This document shows positions 32,385 through 41,325 of a stretch of DNA of 64,000 bases, piece after piece. This DNA is from an uncultured Planctomycetota bacterium (lineage in GTDB: Bacteria > Planctomycetota > Planctomycetia > Isosphaerales > Isosphaeraceae). The notes under the pieces are model-generated. The model searched no databases and was not told the DNA's origin. It saw only the letters and a program-made list of their open reading frames with translations. Each line of letters opens with the position of its first letter. The first letter of the stretch is position 1. The translations under genes and the position numbers were made by a program. Location of the stretch: assembly GCA_963737655.1 (NCBI GenBank), contig CAVTTN010000002.1:7456001-7520000 (forward strand), given 5' to 3'.

Positions 32385-32593
32385 CGCCGGACTCTCCTCG
32401 AGCCATCAAGAACGACGGACAAGCCCCATCACCATAGCACGAAGGCCCGCCCGGGACCATCGGGCGGCGCCGCCGCGACCCGGGCGATTCGCCCCTCGCG
32501 AACGAGGGGCCAACGGTGGAGATCGGACCCGATCCCATCCCAGGCCGCCACGTCTCGGGCCGATCGCGCCCAGGACCGTCACATCAAGAACCA

Positions 32594-32681
<88 letters not shown>

Positions 32682-33242
32682 GGTATCTCAAAGTCGTTGC
32701 CGATTAGAATTTTACGTCGAGCACCTCTTGGAAACCGAGCGACTCGGTCGGGCCTGTCAACCTGCTTGTCAACCATCGGGCAGGGACAAGGGGAGATTCT
32801 AGCGGATTCGCTCGCCCGCAGGAAGTGGTCTCCGTCGCCACGGACCGCCGGTCGAGCCGAGGATCTGGCCCTGGTTGAGGCCCGTCCACTTCGCCTCGGC
32901 GGGCTGATCCCATCCCCGCGTCTGCATTCCCTCGTCGCGAGCCTCCCGCGCCACTCGATAAGAACGACGCGTCGGACGACATCGAGGCGAGATGCTCTCG
33001 GTTGATCATCCCGGTCAAAATCACGTCCCCTCGACCAGATCCCCGACCATCCTTGACGCGTTCCGTCGAGAAACATCGCTCGGCCTTCGAGCGATCGGCG
33101 TCCCGGACCCTCTTCTCAACACCGGGCGAGCTGCCTCATGACCGGATCGTCCTCCTCAGCATCGAGTCGGGCCGGGACCACGGCCGCGCTGGCTCGACGC
33201 GAGGCATACGGACCCCCTCCGAAGGTCGAGGTCCTCGGGCCC

Positions 33243-33797
33243 TCATGCCTTATCTAAGCTCTTCTTCGCCTCCTCGAGGATTTCTGACGACAAGTCCGGA
33301 TCGGACACGATCCGCGACATGGTCAGCGCGCCGATCATCGTCGAGGCCGCGACGAGGGCCCGACGTCTCGCGGCATCGCGAGGGACCTGGTCGAATTGTC
33401 CCTCGATGATCTCGACCAGCCCCAGGAAGCCCTCGGTCGCCGCGGCACGCGTCGCTTCGTCGCTCCGGGCGAGCTCGCTGCCGATCGCGGAGAGCGGGCA
33501 GCCCGTGGCCGGATCGTCGCGGTGGACGGTCGAGAGGTAGGCCGCCACAGGCCCCGGCCCTTCGGCGGCAGCCCCCAGACGTTCGCAGATCGCCGTTCGG
33601 ATGGCCTCCTCGCACGCCTCGCGGACGAGCTGGTCCTTCGACGCGAAGTGCTTGTAGAACCCGCCGTGGGTGAGGCCCGCGGCCTTCATCAGGTCGTTGA
33701 GCCCGGTCGCCACGATCCCGTTCTTGCGGAACTCCCCGGCCGCGGCCGTCACGATCCGCCCCCGGGTCCTCGCCGCCTCCTCCCTCGACTTCCTCAT
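33243..33797 (-). CDS. TetR/AcrR family regulator
   Basis: FRKNGIVATGLNDLMKAAGLTHGGFYKHFASK; YLS..HRD...GCP. Confidence 0.93.
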   Translation of the reverse strand: MRKSREEAARTRGRIVTAAAGEFRKNGIVATGLNDLMKAAGLTHGGFYKHFASKDQLVREACEEAIRTAICERLGAAAEGPGPVAAYLSTVHRDDPATGCPLSAIGSELARSDEATRAAATEGFLGLVEIIEGQFDQVPRDAARRRALVAASTMIGALTMSRIVSDPDLSSEILEEAKKSLDKA

Positions 33798-33831
33798 GGA
33801 CGTTGATCCTCGATACGATTTTAGAAGCTAT

Positions 33832-33871
33832 TTGACATCCAAAATCGCAGTGCCTATTCTTTGGATGTCAA
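33832..33871 (+). promoter_or_regulatory. Sigma70 promoter for the nmrA-like gene, overlapped by a 12-bp inverted repeat (candidate TetR operator)
   Basis: TTGACA(33832)-17 nt-TATTCT(33855); IR TTGACATCCAAA / TTTGGATGTCAA. Confidence 0.7.
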
Positions 33872-33905
33872 CCGTAATCCTAACCGGCACCCGGGGACGA
33901 ATCCA

Positions 33906-34844
33906 ATGAGTCGGGACAAAGTTTTGGTCACCGGCGCGACGGGCGACACCGGCCGGGCGGCCGTCGACGAACTGCTGGCCCGCGGCCACGAGGTCCGGGC
34001 TCTGGCCCACGGGCGGGACGAACGCTCGAAGGCGCTCGAGGATCGGGGCGTCGAGGTGGTCTTCGGCGACCTCCTCGATTTCGAGCAGGTCCGAGACGCC
34101 CTGAAGGGCGTGCAGCGGGCCTACTTCGTCTACCCGATCCGCCCCGGCATCCTCCAGGCGACGGCCTACTTCGCCCAGGCGGCGAAGGAGGCGGGCATCG
34201 ACGGCATCGTCAACATGTCTCAGAAGAGCGCCAGGCCGGACGCGAAGAGCCACGCGGCGACCGATCACTGGCTGGCCGAGCGGGTCTTCGACTGGTCGGG
34301 GCTGACGGTCGCCCACATCCGCCCGACCTACTTTGCCGAGTGGCTGCTCTACATCGCCCCGATGATCAAGGCCGGGCTGCTCCACGTGCCGTTCGGCACC
34401 GGCAAGCACGCCCCGATCGCGGCCGAGGACCAGGGGCGCGTGATCGCCGGCATCCTCGACGACCCCGCGCCGCACAAGGGCAAGATCTATCCGCTCTTCG
34501 GCCCCGTCGAGTACACCTACGCGGAGACCGCGCTGGTCCTGGGCCGTGTGCTGGGGAAGCCCGTCGAATATAAGCAGATCTCCTTCGACGCCTTCCTCGG
34601 GATGCTCAAGTCCGGCCGGCAGAACGCGGCCGAGGGGGCGTCGTCGCGGAACCTCTACGGCGAGCTGGGGGGCAAATCGGAACGACCCGGCGACTCCTTC
34701 ACCGTGCAGCACCTGAAGGAAGTCGCGATCGACCACCAGAACGGGGTGTTCGAGGGGACCAATGACCTCGTCGAGACGCTCGGCGGGCGCCCGCCGATGA
34801 CTCTCGAAGCGTTCATCCAGAAGCACCGGGCGGCCTTCGAGTGA
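33906..34844 (+). CDS. NmrA-like NAD(P)-binding protein
   Basis: VLVTGATGDTG, HWLAERVFDWSG, IRPTYFAEW. Confidence 0.9.
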   Translation: MSRDKVLVTGATGDTGRAAVDELLARGHEVRALAHGRDERSKALEDRGVEVVFGDLLDFEQVRDALKGVQRAYFVYPIRPGILQATAYFAQAAKEAGIDGIVNMSQKSARPDAKSHAATDHWLAERVFDWSGLTVAHIRPTYFAEWLLYIAPMIKAGLLHVPFGTGKHAPIAAEDQGRVIAGILDDPAPHKGKIYPLFGPVEYTYAETALVLGRVLGKPVEYKQISFDAFLGMLKSGRQNAAEGASSRNLYGELGGKSERPGDSFTVQHLKEVAIDHQNGVFEGTNDLVETLGGRPPMTLEAFIQKHRAAFE

Positions 34845-34887
34845 CCGGCGGGCCCGGCCCGTCTCCCCCACACCGGCGAGGTGCCTC

Positions 34888-35640
34888 ATGAGCGGATCGT
34901 TCTCGACCGTCGCGTTGCTGACCGGGATCACGGCCGCCGTGGTGGCCCTCGTCACGCTCGGGCTCGCCCGGGCGGCCCGGAGGGCGGGACTGCCCCCGGC
35001 GCTCGCCCCTTCGGTCGCCGCCGGGATGATCGTCTGGCTCGGGGCGTCGGCCGCGCTCGCCCGGAGCGGAGCCCTCGGCGACTGGACGGCCCTCCCTCCG
35101 CGATGGCCCCTCCTGCCGCTGACGGCCCTGTTGGCCTCCGTCCTGCTCGGCCTGACCCGCCCCTTCCGGCGCCTGCTTGCGGAAGTCCCGCCGTGGCAGC
35201 CCGTCGCCCTCCAGACCTTCCGCCTGGGCGTCGAGATCGCCTTCTGGAGGCTCCACGAGGAGGGGATCGCCCCCGTCCAGGTCACCTTCGAAGGGAGGAA
35301 CCTCGACGCGCTCGTCGGCCTCTCGGCCCCGGTGATGGCGGCCGGCATCGCGATCGGCCGGGTGGGCCCGAGGCTGACGATCGCCTGGAACCTGTTCGGC
35401 CTGGCGATGCTCCTCAACGCGATCGGGACCGTCGCCACGTCCGCCCCCGGCCCTCTCCACCTGAACTGGTCGGGCGAGCCGTTCACCGCGATCGCGTCCT
35501 GGCCGGTCGTCTGGATCCCGGCGCTGCTCGCGCCGATCGGGATCACCCTCCACGTCGCCTCGATCCGCCAGGCGCTCGCCGGCCCTGGCATGACCGCGTC
35601 GCAACGCCCTCTCCGCACCCGATCGGGGGTGCAAGCATGA
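34888..35640 (+). CDS. Hypothetical multi-TM membrane protein
   Basis: Six to seven hydrophobic helices; LQTFR, GRNLD, WNLFG, WIP..L.P motifs. Confidence 0.75.
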   Translation: MSGSFSTVALLTGITAAVVALVTLGLARAARRAGLPPALAPSVAAGMIVWLGASAALARSGALGDWTALPPRWPLLPLTALLASVLLGLTRPFRRLLAEVPPWQPVALQTFRLGVEIAFWRLHEEGIAPVQVTFEGRNLDALVGLSAPVMAAGIAIGRVGPRLTIAWNLFGLAMLLNAIGTVATSAPGPLHLNWSGEPFTAIASWPVVWIPALLAPIGITLHVASIRQALAGPGMTASQRPLRTRSGVQA

Positions 35641-35722
35641 CCGTCGTCAAGGCCGCCGCCGTGCAGCTCAGCCCGGTCCTCTAGCGCTCACCTTCCCGGA
35701 GAAGGTGGTGCCGTATATTCCT
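35637..35722 (+). pseudogene. Nitrilase remnant
   Basis: MTVVKAAAVQLSPVL* followed out of frame by TFPEKVVPY. Confidence 0.75.
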
Positions 35723-35811
35723 AACACCGCCTGCCTGCGGGGGCGAGGGACGCGGGCAAGACGATCGCTCGTCGCTCTCGCGAAGCCCAGTTCGAACCGA
35801 CGGAGAGACCC

Positions 35812-36096
35812 ATGAAAGTGATGGCCATCGGCACGTTGAAACCCCTGTCGCCGGAGCAGCGTCAGCGCTACCTGCCGGCGGAGGTCCCCGCGACTCTGCA
35901 GCTCTATCTCGACGGCAAGATGGAGCAGTTCTGGTTGCGGGACCAGGAGGCGGGCGTCATCTTCCTGATGAGCGTGGATTCGGTCGCCGAGGCGGACCGG
36001 CTCCTCAAGGGCCTACCGCTCGGCCAGGCCGACCTGCTGACCTTCGAGCTGATGCCGATCGGGCCCCTCCTGCCTCTCGGCATGTTGATGAAGTAA
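35812..36096 (+). CDS. Small muconolactone-isomerase-like (dimeric alpha+beta barrel) protein
   Basis: EV.ATLQLYLDGKMEQFW...LPL...LLTFELMPIGPL; GGAGA RBS. Confidence 0.7.
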   Translation: MKVMAIGTLKPLSPEQRQRYLPAEVPATLQLYLDGKMEQFWLRDQEAGVIFLMSVDSVAEADRLLKGLPLGQADLLTFELMPIGPLLPLGMLMK

Positions 36097-36264
36097 GATG
36101 CCACGGCGGATGACGGCTTGGGCCCGCCGCGGAGCCGGCAACTCGCCGATCGGCCAGAAGGACCGCGAAGGAAACCCCGGATCGCACCGGGGCCGCCTCG
36201 CCGGCGATGAGGCGGCCTCGGACGGTTGTTCTGTCCTCCGGACCCAGATCGGAGCCCTGACGCG

Positions 36265-36765
36265 ATGATCCCGACCTCTGCCCTCCCGGCGTTCACGGCC
36301 TTCCCTGTCGTCCTCAGCCTGGCCGCGATCGAGTCGGGTTTCGTCGTGCTGTTCGGGATGATCGCGAACCGGCCGCTCGACGGCTGGACCCGGTTCTTCC
36401 TGGCGGCGACGGCCGCAACGAGCCTGACCGGATTCGGGTTCCCGATCCGGGGCATGACGCCGGGCCTCGCTTTCGGCATCCTGTCCCTGGCGGTGCTCGC
36501 CGCGGTCATCTACGCCCGCTATCCGGCAGGCCTCGCGGGCTTCTGGCGTCCGGTGTCCATCATCGGAGCTGTGTTCACCCTCTACCTCAATTTCGTCGTC
36601 CTGATCGTCCAGTCCTTCCAGAAGCTGGCGCCCCTCCACGCGCTGGCCCCGAACCAGAATGAGCCGCCCTTCCTGGCCGCCCAGGTCGTCTCGATGGTCG
36701 CGTTCCTCGTCCTGGGCACTCTCGGGGTGACGAAGTTCCGCGCGGGGGCGATCAAGTTCTCCTGA
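36265..36765 (+). CDS. Hypothetical membrane protein
   Basis: TSLTGFGFP, LYLNFVVLIVQSFQK...LAP...EPPF. Confidence 0.7.
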   Translation: MIPTSALPAFTAFPVVLSLAAIESGFVVLFGMIANRPLDGWTRFFLAATAATSLTGFGFPIRGMTPGLAFGILSLAVLAAVIYARYPAGLAGFWRPVSIIGAVFTLYLNFVVLIVQSFQKLAPLHALAPNQNEPPFLAAQVVSMVAFLVLGTLGVTKFRAGAIKFS

Positions 36766-36792
36766 CCACCTCGTTCCACCGGGAGATCGATC

Positions 36793-37290
36793 ATGATTCA
36801 CGAGCAGACGAACCTCGATGGGGCCCGCCACAGCTCCGAAGCCAGGTCCCGGCGGGGGCTCCTCCGGCTCGGCGCGGCGATCGCGGCGGGCGGGTCGCTG
36901 ATCGCCAACCCTCTGAGGGCGGCGGCGGATGGGAGCAAGGCGGGGATGGAGGAGGTCTCGAAGGATTCCGTCACCGACGCGGGAGAGCCGATCGTCTATC
37001 TGAACACCGCGAGCCCGGAGATCTCGTCGGCCGTCATGACGATCCCGGCGGGCACGACGACGGAATGGATGATCCACCCGGTCCAGGGGTACGTCTACGT
37101 GCTCGAGGGGACGCTGATCGTGGAGTTCGCGGACGGGCCCCGGAAGGAATTCCGGGCGGGGCAGGGCTTCCCCCAGGCGAGGTCGAAGTGGCATCGGGGC
37201 CGGAACGATGGGGCGGGGGTCGTTCGCTTCCTGGCGGTCTTTTTCGGGGGCAAGGACGTTCCCAACATCCTCCACCCGCCCAGGCGATGA
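36793..37290 (+). CDS. Cupin domain protein with Tat-like signal
   Basis: SRRGLL; HPVQGYVYVLEG; WHRGRN. Confidence 0.8.
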   Translation: MIHEQTNLDGARHSSEARSRRGLLRLGAAIAAGGSLIANPLRAAADGSKAGMEEVSKDSVTDAGEPIVYLNTASPEISSAVMTIPAGTTTEWMIHPVQGYVYVLEGTLIVEFADGPRKEFRAGQGFPQARSKWHRGRNDGAGVVRFLAVFFGGKDVPNILHPPRR

Positions 37291-37441
37291 TGCGGCTCGA
37301 CGAGCCGGGGTGCCCGAGGACCGGCGGCCCCGGACCAAGGGGCAAATCTCCCCGGGGCGTCTCGACCTGGTAAGGGCCGAGGGGCCGCCCGGCCGTCTCG
37401 TGTCGGAAGGCGCGGGGCGGCCGATCGGCCCTCGATTCGCG

Positions 37442-38389
37442 TCATCGCTCGCTGACCGCCGCTCCGCCCGGTTGTGGCCGAAGTGGGGCGTTCGCGTCCT
37501 CGATCAGGATCCTGCGGACTTCCCCGATGACCTCCGGATTCCGCAAGCAGAGGTGATGAGTCCGGAGCACGAGCTCCGAGCGGGCGCCGGGCAAGCGAGC
37601 GCTGGAGACCGGCACGAGGCCGTCGGTCGCATCGACGGCCGACGGGTCCTGGAGCGTGGCGATGATCGAGTGGAACGGGACGCCGCCCTCGGACCGGGCC
37701 CGTTCCAGCTCCGCGAGCAGAGGGGTGCCCGGACCGATCTGATCGATGCTCGACACCCTCGCCCCCCAGGCCGGCGCCGACGGGCTGAGGACGCGGGCGA
37801 CCCGGCTGCCGGCGAACCAGACGGCCCCGCGATCGACGGGCGAGCCGCGATGCGGGGTCGCGACGAAGATGAACCGGCCGATCCTCGGCCGAGAGGGCGT
37901 CTCCGCCTCGGCCCGCGTCGGGACCTCGCGCCCCGGAAGGCCCGGGTCGAGGCCGCGGATCGCCGCCTTCGCGACGAGCCCGCCCATGCTGAAGCCGACC
38001 AGGATCATCCGATCGAATCCGGCGTCGCGGCCCTCGGGATCGAATCGGCGCCGAGCCTCGCGGAGCGCCTCGACGAGGTGCCGCCCCGAGTCCTCGATCG
38101 GCTGCAGGCTGTCGTAGCGGAAAACGAGCGGCTGGAACCGGTCGCGGACGGCCGGGTCCTCGGAGAACGGCTCGATCATGGCCGACCAGTTCTCGGGACT
38201 GCCGAGCATCCCATGGACGAACACGACGGGCACCCTCCCGATTCGGTAGGGGACGACGCAGCTCAGCTCGGCCGTCCCTGCCCGGATCGTCGCGACGGTT
38301 TCGGCCTCGCCGGCAAGGGCGGCGGAGGGCACAACCAGGAGCATGGCCGCAAGTCGTGAGCGGCGGACCGAGTCGGTTGCAAGACGCAT
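37442..38389 (-). CDS. Alpha/beta-hydrolase (esterase/lipase-like)
   Basis: PVVFVHG, GFSMGG, ATPHRGS, DGLVP, H near the C-terminus. Confidence 0.8.
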   Translation of the reverse strand: MRLATDSVRRSRLAAMLLVVPSAALAGEAETVATIRAGTAELSCVVPYRIGRVPVVFVHGMLGSPENWSAMIEPFSEDPAVRDRFQPLVFRYDSLQPIEDSGRHLVEALREARRRFDPEGRDAGFDRMILVGFSMGGLVAKAAIRGLDPGLPGREVPTRAEAETPSRPRIGRFIFVATPHRGSPVDRGAVWFAGSRVARVLSPSAPAWGARVSSIDQIGPGTPLLAELERARSEGGVPFHSIIATLQDPSAVDATDGLVPVSSARLPGARSELVLRTHHLCLRNPEVIGEVRRILIEDANAPLRPQPGGAAVSER

Positions 38390-38662
38390 GGGTGGACCTC
38401 AAGGTGGGCGCGGGGCAAGGGATCGGCAAACGGTCGTTGCCGCGAAAATCGGGCGGGGGATGCCCTCGTCTGGGCCCGACGAGGCTTTGACGACGCCGAG
38501 TTGATGTGCCCGGGTCGCGCGGCGAACCGGGCATCCATCTTGACGCGTCACGGACAACGTCTCGGCGGCCCGAGAACCTCCCCGCAGACGGGCCGAGGGA
38601 TTGCGGCCGCCCGGCCGGAAATCGTCGCCGAAAGCGGGCGCGAGGCTCCCGGGCGGAGGGGC

Positions 38663-39094
38663 TCAGCGAGGGGCCGGTGCGGAGGACTTCGCCGCCTCGG
38701 CGTCGAGGCGGGCGACCATGGCGGCGAGGATGGCCTCCTCGGCGTCGTTGATCGCGGCCCAGGCCAGGTCGATCGAGTCGGCGGCGTACTCCGCGGCCAG
38801 ATCCGCCTGGGTGTCCAGCTTCCGCGACTCCCGGTTCGCACTCCACCGGCCGATCGCGTCCTCGGTCTCGGCCAGATCCTCCTGGGCCAAGGCGTCGAAA
38901 TCGGCGTGAGTCTGATCGAGGTGTTCCCTCCGGACCTGAAACTGGTGACGGACTCGGTCGAGCTTCTTTCGCACGGACTCCTCGGAATCCCTGGGCAAGG
39001 CCTGGATGCTCGCCTTGAGCGAATAGACTCGCCCCTCCACCGTGCTGAGCCGGGCCCGCAGGTCGTTGCAGAACTGGTCGATTTTCGCGCTCAT
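38663..39094 (-). CDS. Hypothetical alpha-helical protein
   Basis: GGAGGAG RBS; amphipathic helical composition. Confidence 0.65.
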   Translation of the reverse strand: MSAKIDQFCNDLRARLSTVEGRVYSLKASIQALPRDSEESVRKKLDRVRHQFQVRREHLDQTHADFDALAQEDLAETEDAIGRWSANRESRKLDTQADLAAEYAADSIDLAWAAINDAEEAILAAMVARLDAEAAKSSAPAPR

Positions 39095-39258
39095 GGGTCA
39101 TCTCCTCCGGGTGGGTATCCATCGAGGCGGGATCGTTCGGAAGGTCGTCAGGGAGGCCGAGAAAACACGGGTCATCCCGGGCCTGCTCGCGGTTGACGTG
39201 GTGCGACGAGGCCGATCTCCGACCCGTCGTCCGGGGGCGCCGAGCGGATCTCCGCGGT

Positions 39259-39756
39259 TCACTCGGGTGACGGCTGGCGGTCGGCCTCGTCCCTGGAAAC
39301 GACGAGGCCGACGAGCACGCCCGTCAGCCCGCCGAGGGCGGCGCCGAGAAGCGAGCCTTCGAGACCCCGGATCGGCGCGGCGGCCGGCGGCACGGAGGCG
39401 TCCACCGGGGCCTCGCCTGACGCGAAGGCGGACGCCGCCCCGACGAGCAGGCCCAGCAGGACGCCCGTCCACGACCACCAGAGCAACTCCCGCAGAAAGC
39501 CCTCGGGTCGGGATGAACCCAAGGGATGCTCCGGCTCGAAATCCTCGCCGAGGCTCGGGTCGGGGTGAGGCTCGACGCGGCCGAGCCTGATCCCGATCTC
39601 GCCTTCGAGGCTGAAGACGATGCTCAGGAGATCGATCAGGGCCTCGCCCAGGCCCCCCTCGGTCGCGGCCTCGGACGCCGGGTCGTCGGGGTCCGCGCCC
39701 GGCCTGCCGGTCGGGACGCCGGCCCCGCTCCCCCGGAACTTGCTCCCTTTCGCCAT
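39259..39756 (-). CDS. Hypothetical membrane protein (2 TM)
   Basis: GGAGG RBS; two hydrophobic segments. Confidence 0.5.
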   Translation of the reverse strand: MAKGSKFRGSGAGVPTGRPGADPDDPASEAATEGGLGEALIDLLSIVFSLEGEIGIRLGRVEPHPDPSLGEDFEPEHPLGSSRPEGFLRELLWWSWTGVLLGLLVGAASAFASGEAPVDASVPPAAAPIRGLEGSLLGAALGGLTGVLVGLVVSRDEADRQPSPE

Positions 39757-39909
39757 CGTCGCGCCCTCCCGTGGAAAGAGGCATCGCCAACCGGTCCCTA
39801 CCGACCCATGCTCGAACCCTGATTTCGGGACGCCCCGGCGCGTGGAACGTGCCCGAGACTCCGCGATGACTCGCGCCCCTCTGCTCGTCGATGCGGATGG
39901 GCCCTGGCC

Positions 39910-40404
39910 CTACTTCGAGGCGGGAGTCCCCGAGACGTTGCGGTCGGCCGCGATCTTCCACGCGTCGGCTTCCTTGACGCGGAGGACCACCGAACGCCCT
40001 CGGATCGGGCCGGCGTCGCCCGGGAGGCCGACGATCTCGAAGTCGACATCCGCGAGGAGCAGGTCGGGGCGGATGAACCGGGCCGAGACGACGACCTGCG
40101 ACAGCCTGGCGTCCGGGTACACCTCGAAGAACGTCGCGAAACAGTCCGCGATCCGGTCGGCGCCGGAGATGAGGCCATATTGGAGCGTCTTGACGTCGGC
40201 CCCCTGGAGGAACGCGAGGTCCGCGTCGCTGGTGAAGGTCTCGCCCAACTCCTTCGGCTTGCGGCCGTTGAAAGCCCGGACGTATGCCGCCGACTCCTGC
40301 TTCGCCCGTTCGACCGCCCCTCCGTTTCCGGCTTGCCCCGGGACTTGAGGGTCCCCGGCCATCAGGAAGCCCACGATCAACCCGACCATCGCCATGTCAG
40401 TCAT
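39910..40404 (-). CDS. SgcJ/EcaC-like NTF2-fold protein (DUF4440), probably secreted
   Basis: YVRAFN...FTSDAD...G...I...RFIRPDLLLAD...WKI. Confidence 0.7.
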   Translation of the reverse strand: MTDMAMVGLIVGFLMAGDPQVPGQAGNGGAVERAKQESAAYVRAFNGRKPKELGETFTSDADLAFLQGADVKTLQYGLISGADRIADCFATFFEVYPDARLSQVVVSARFIRPDLLLADVDFEIVGLPGDAGPIRGRSVVLRVKEADAWKIAADRNVSGTPASK

Positions 40405-40667
40405 CGGTCCACCTCTTTCGATGAAGGCGTTTGCTCCGACGCGGAACGCGACCGAGGGATTGACGGCGGACGAACTTCGGCAAGTCGTCGTCGAGCGATC
40501 CGGCCCATCGCTCGTCGCATCGTGGACGTACGAGCTCGGATTCGGATGCGTCCTGACCGGCTCGGGGCCTTGCCCGCTCCCTCGGCTGTACTACTGGGCG
40601 TGGGCGGCGGACATCCCTCGTGGTAGATTAGGGCCTCGATGCCAACGATCTCCGGCGGGGACTCCTC

Positions 40668-41285
40668 GTGAACCAGGGCCACACCACCGCCGTCGTGCAG
40701 CGCTACCTGGACGCGCTGGCCGAAGCCACGCCCGCCGATCCCATCATCCGAGACCTGCTGGATCGGGCCGTCAGGCGGCTCGAGCTGCTGTGCGCCAACA
40801 TGCTCTACAGGAGCTACCCGCGATTGACCCGGCCGCCGCTGAACCTGAAGGCCGACGAGATGCTCGGCGCCGTGGTCGTCCGGCTGATGAGGACGCTCCG
40901 CGAGGTCCATCCGGGGAGCGTCCGCCAGTTCTTCGCCCTGGCCGGTCAACACATGCGGTGGGAATTGAATGACCTGGCCCGCTGCCTAGATGAGCAGCCG
41001 TACGCCGTGGAACTGCGCGACGACCTCTTGCCCGCGATGCCCGGGAGCGACTCGGGACTTACGGCGGAAGGTCGCCGGATGCTCGAAGCGATCGGCAACC
41101 TGCCCGAAGGGGAGCGAGAGGCGTTCGACCTCGTGAGGATCCAGGATTTGACGCAAGTCGAGGCCGCGAGGATCCTCGGGATTTCCGAGAAGACCGTCCA
41201 GCGTCGCCTGAACCGCGCCCTGATCCGGCTCACGGAGGGTCTCGATGACCTCCGACCGGATGCCCCCGAGGCGGGCGATTCCTAG
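40668..41285 (+). CDS. ECF sigma-70 factor (kinase-associated Planctomycete type)
   Basis: FFALAGQHMRWELNDLAR; LPEGEREAFDL...TQVEAARILGISEKTVQRR. Confidence 0.88.
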   Translation: MNQGHTTAVVQRYLDALAEATPADPIIRDLLDRAVRRLELLCANMLYRSYPRLTRPPLNLKADEMLGAVVVRLMRTLREVHPGSVRQFFALAGQHMRWELNDLARCLDEQPYAVELRDDLLPAMPGSDSGLTAEGRRMLEAIGNLPEGEREAFDLVRIQDLTQVEAARILGISEKTVQRRLNRALIRLTEGLDDLRPDAPEAGDS

Positions 41286-41325
41286 CCCTTCCCGCTCCCG
41301 CGAAACGACGCGAGGGATCGAGACC

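Noticed and set aside
35682..35684. Pyrrolysine or readthrough at the nitrilase TAG
   Set aside because: The downstream motif is out of frame and most of the gene is deleted.
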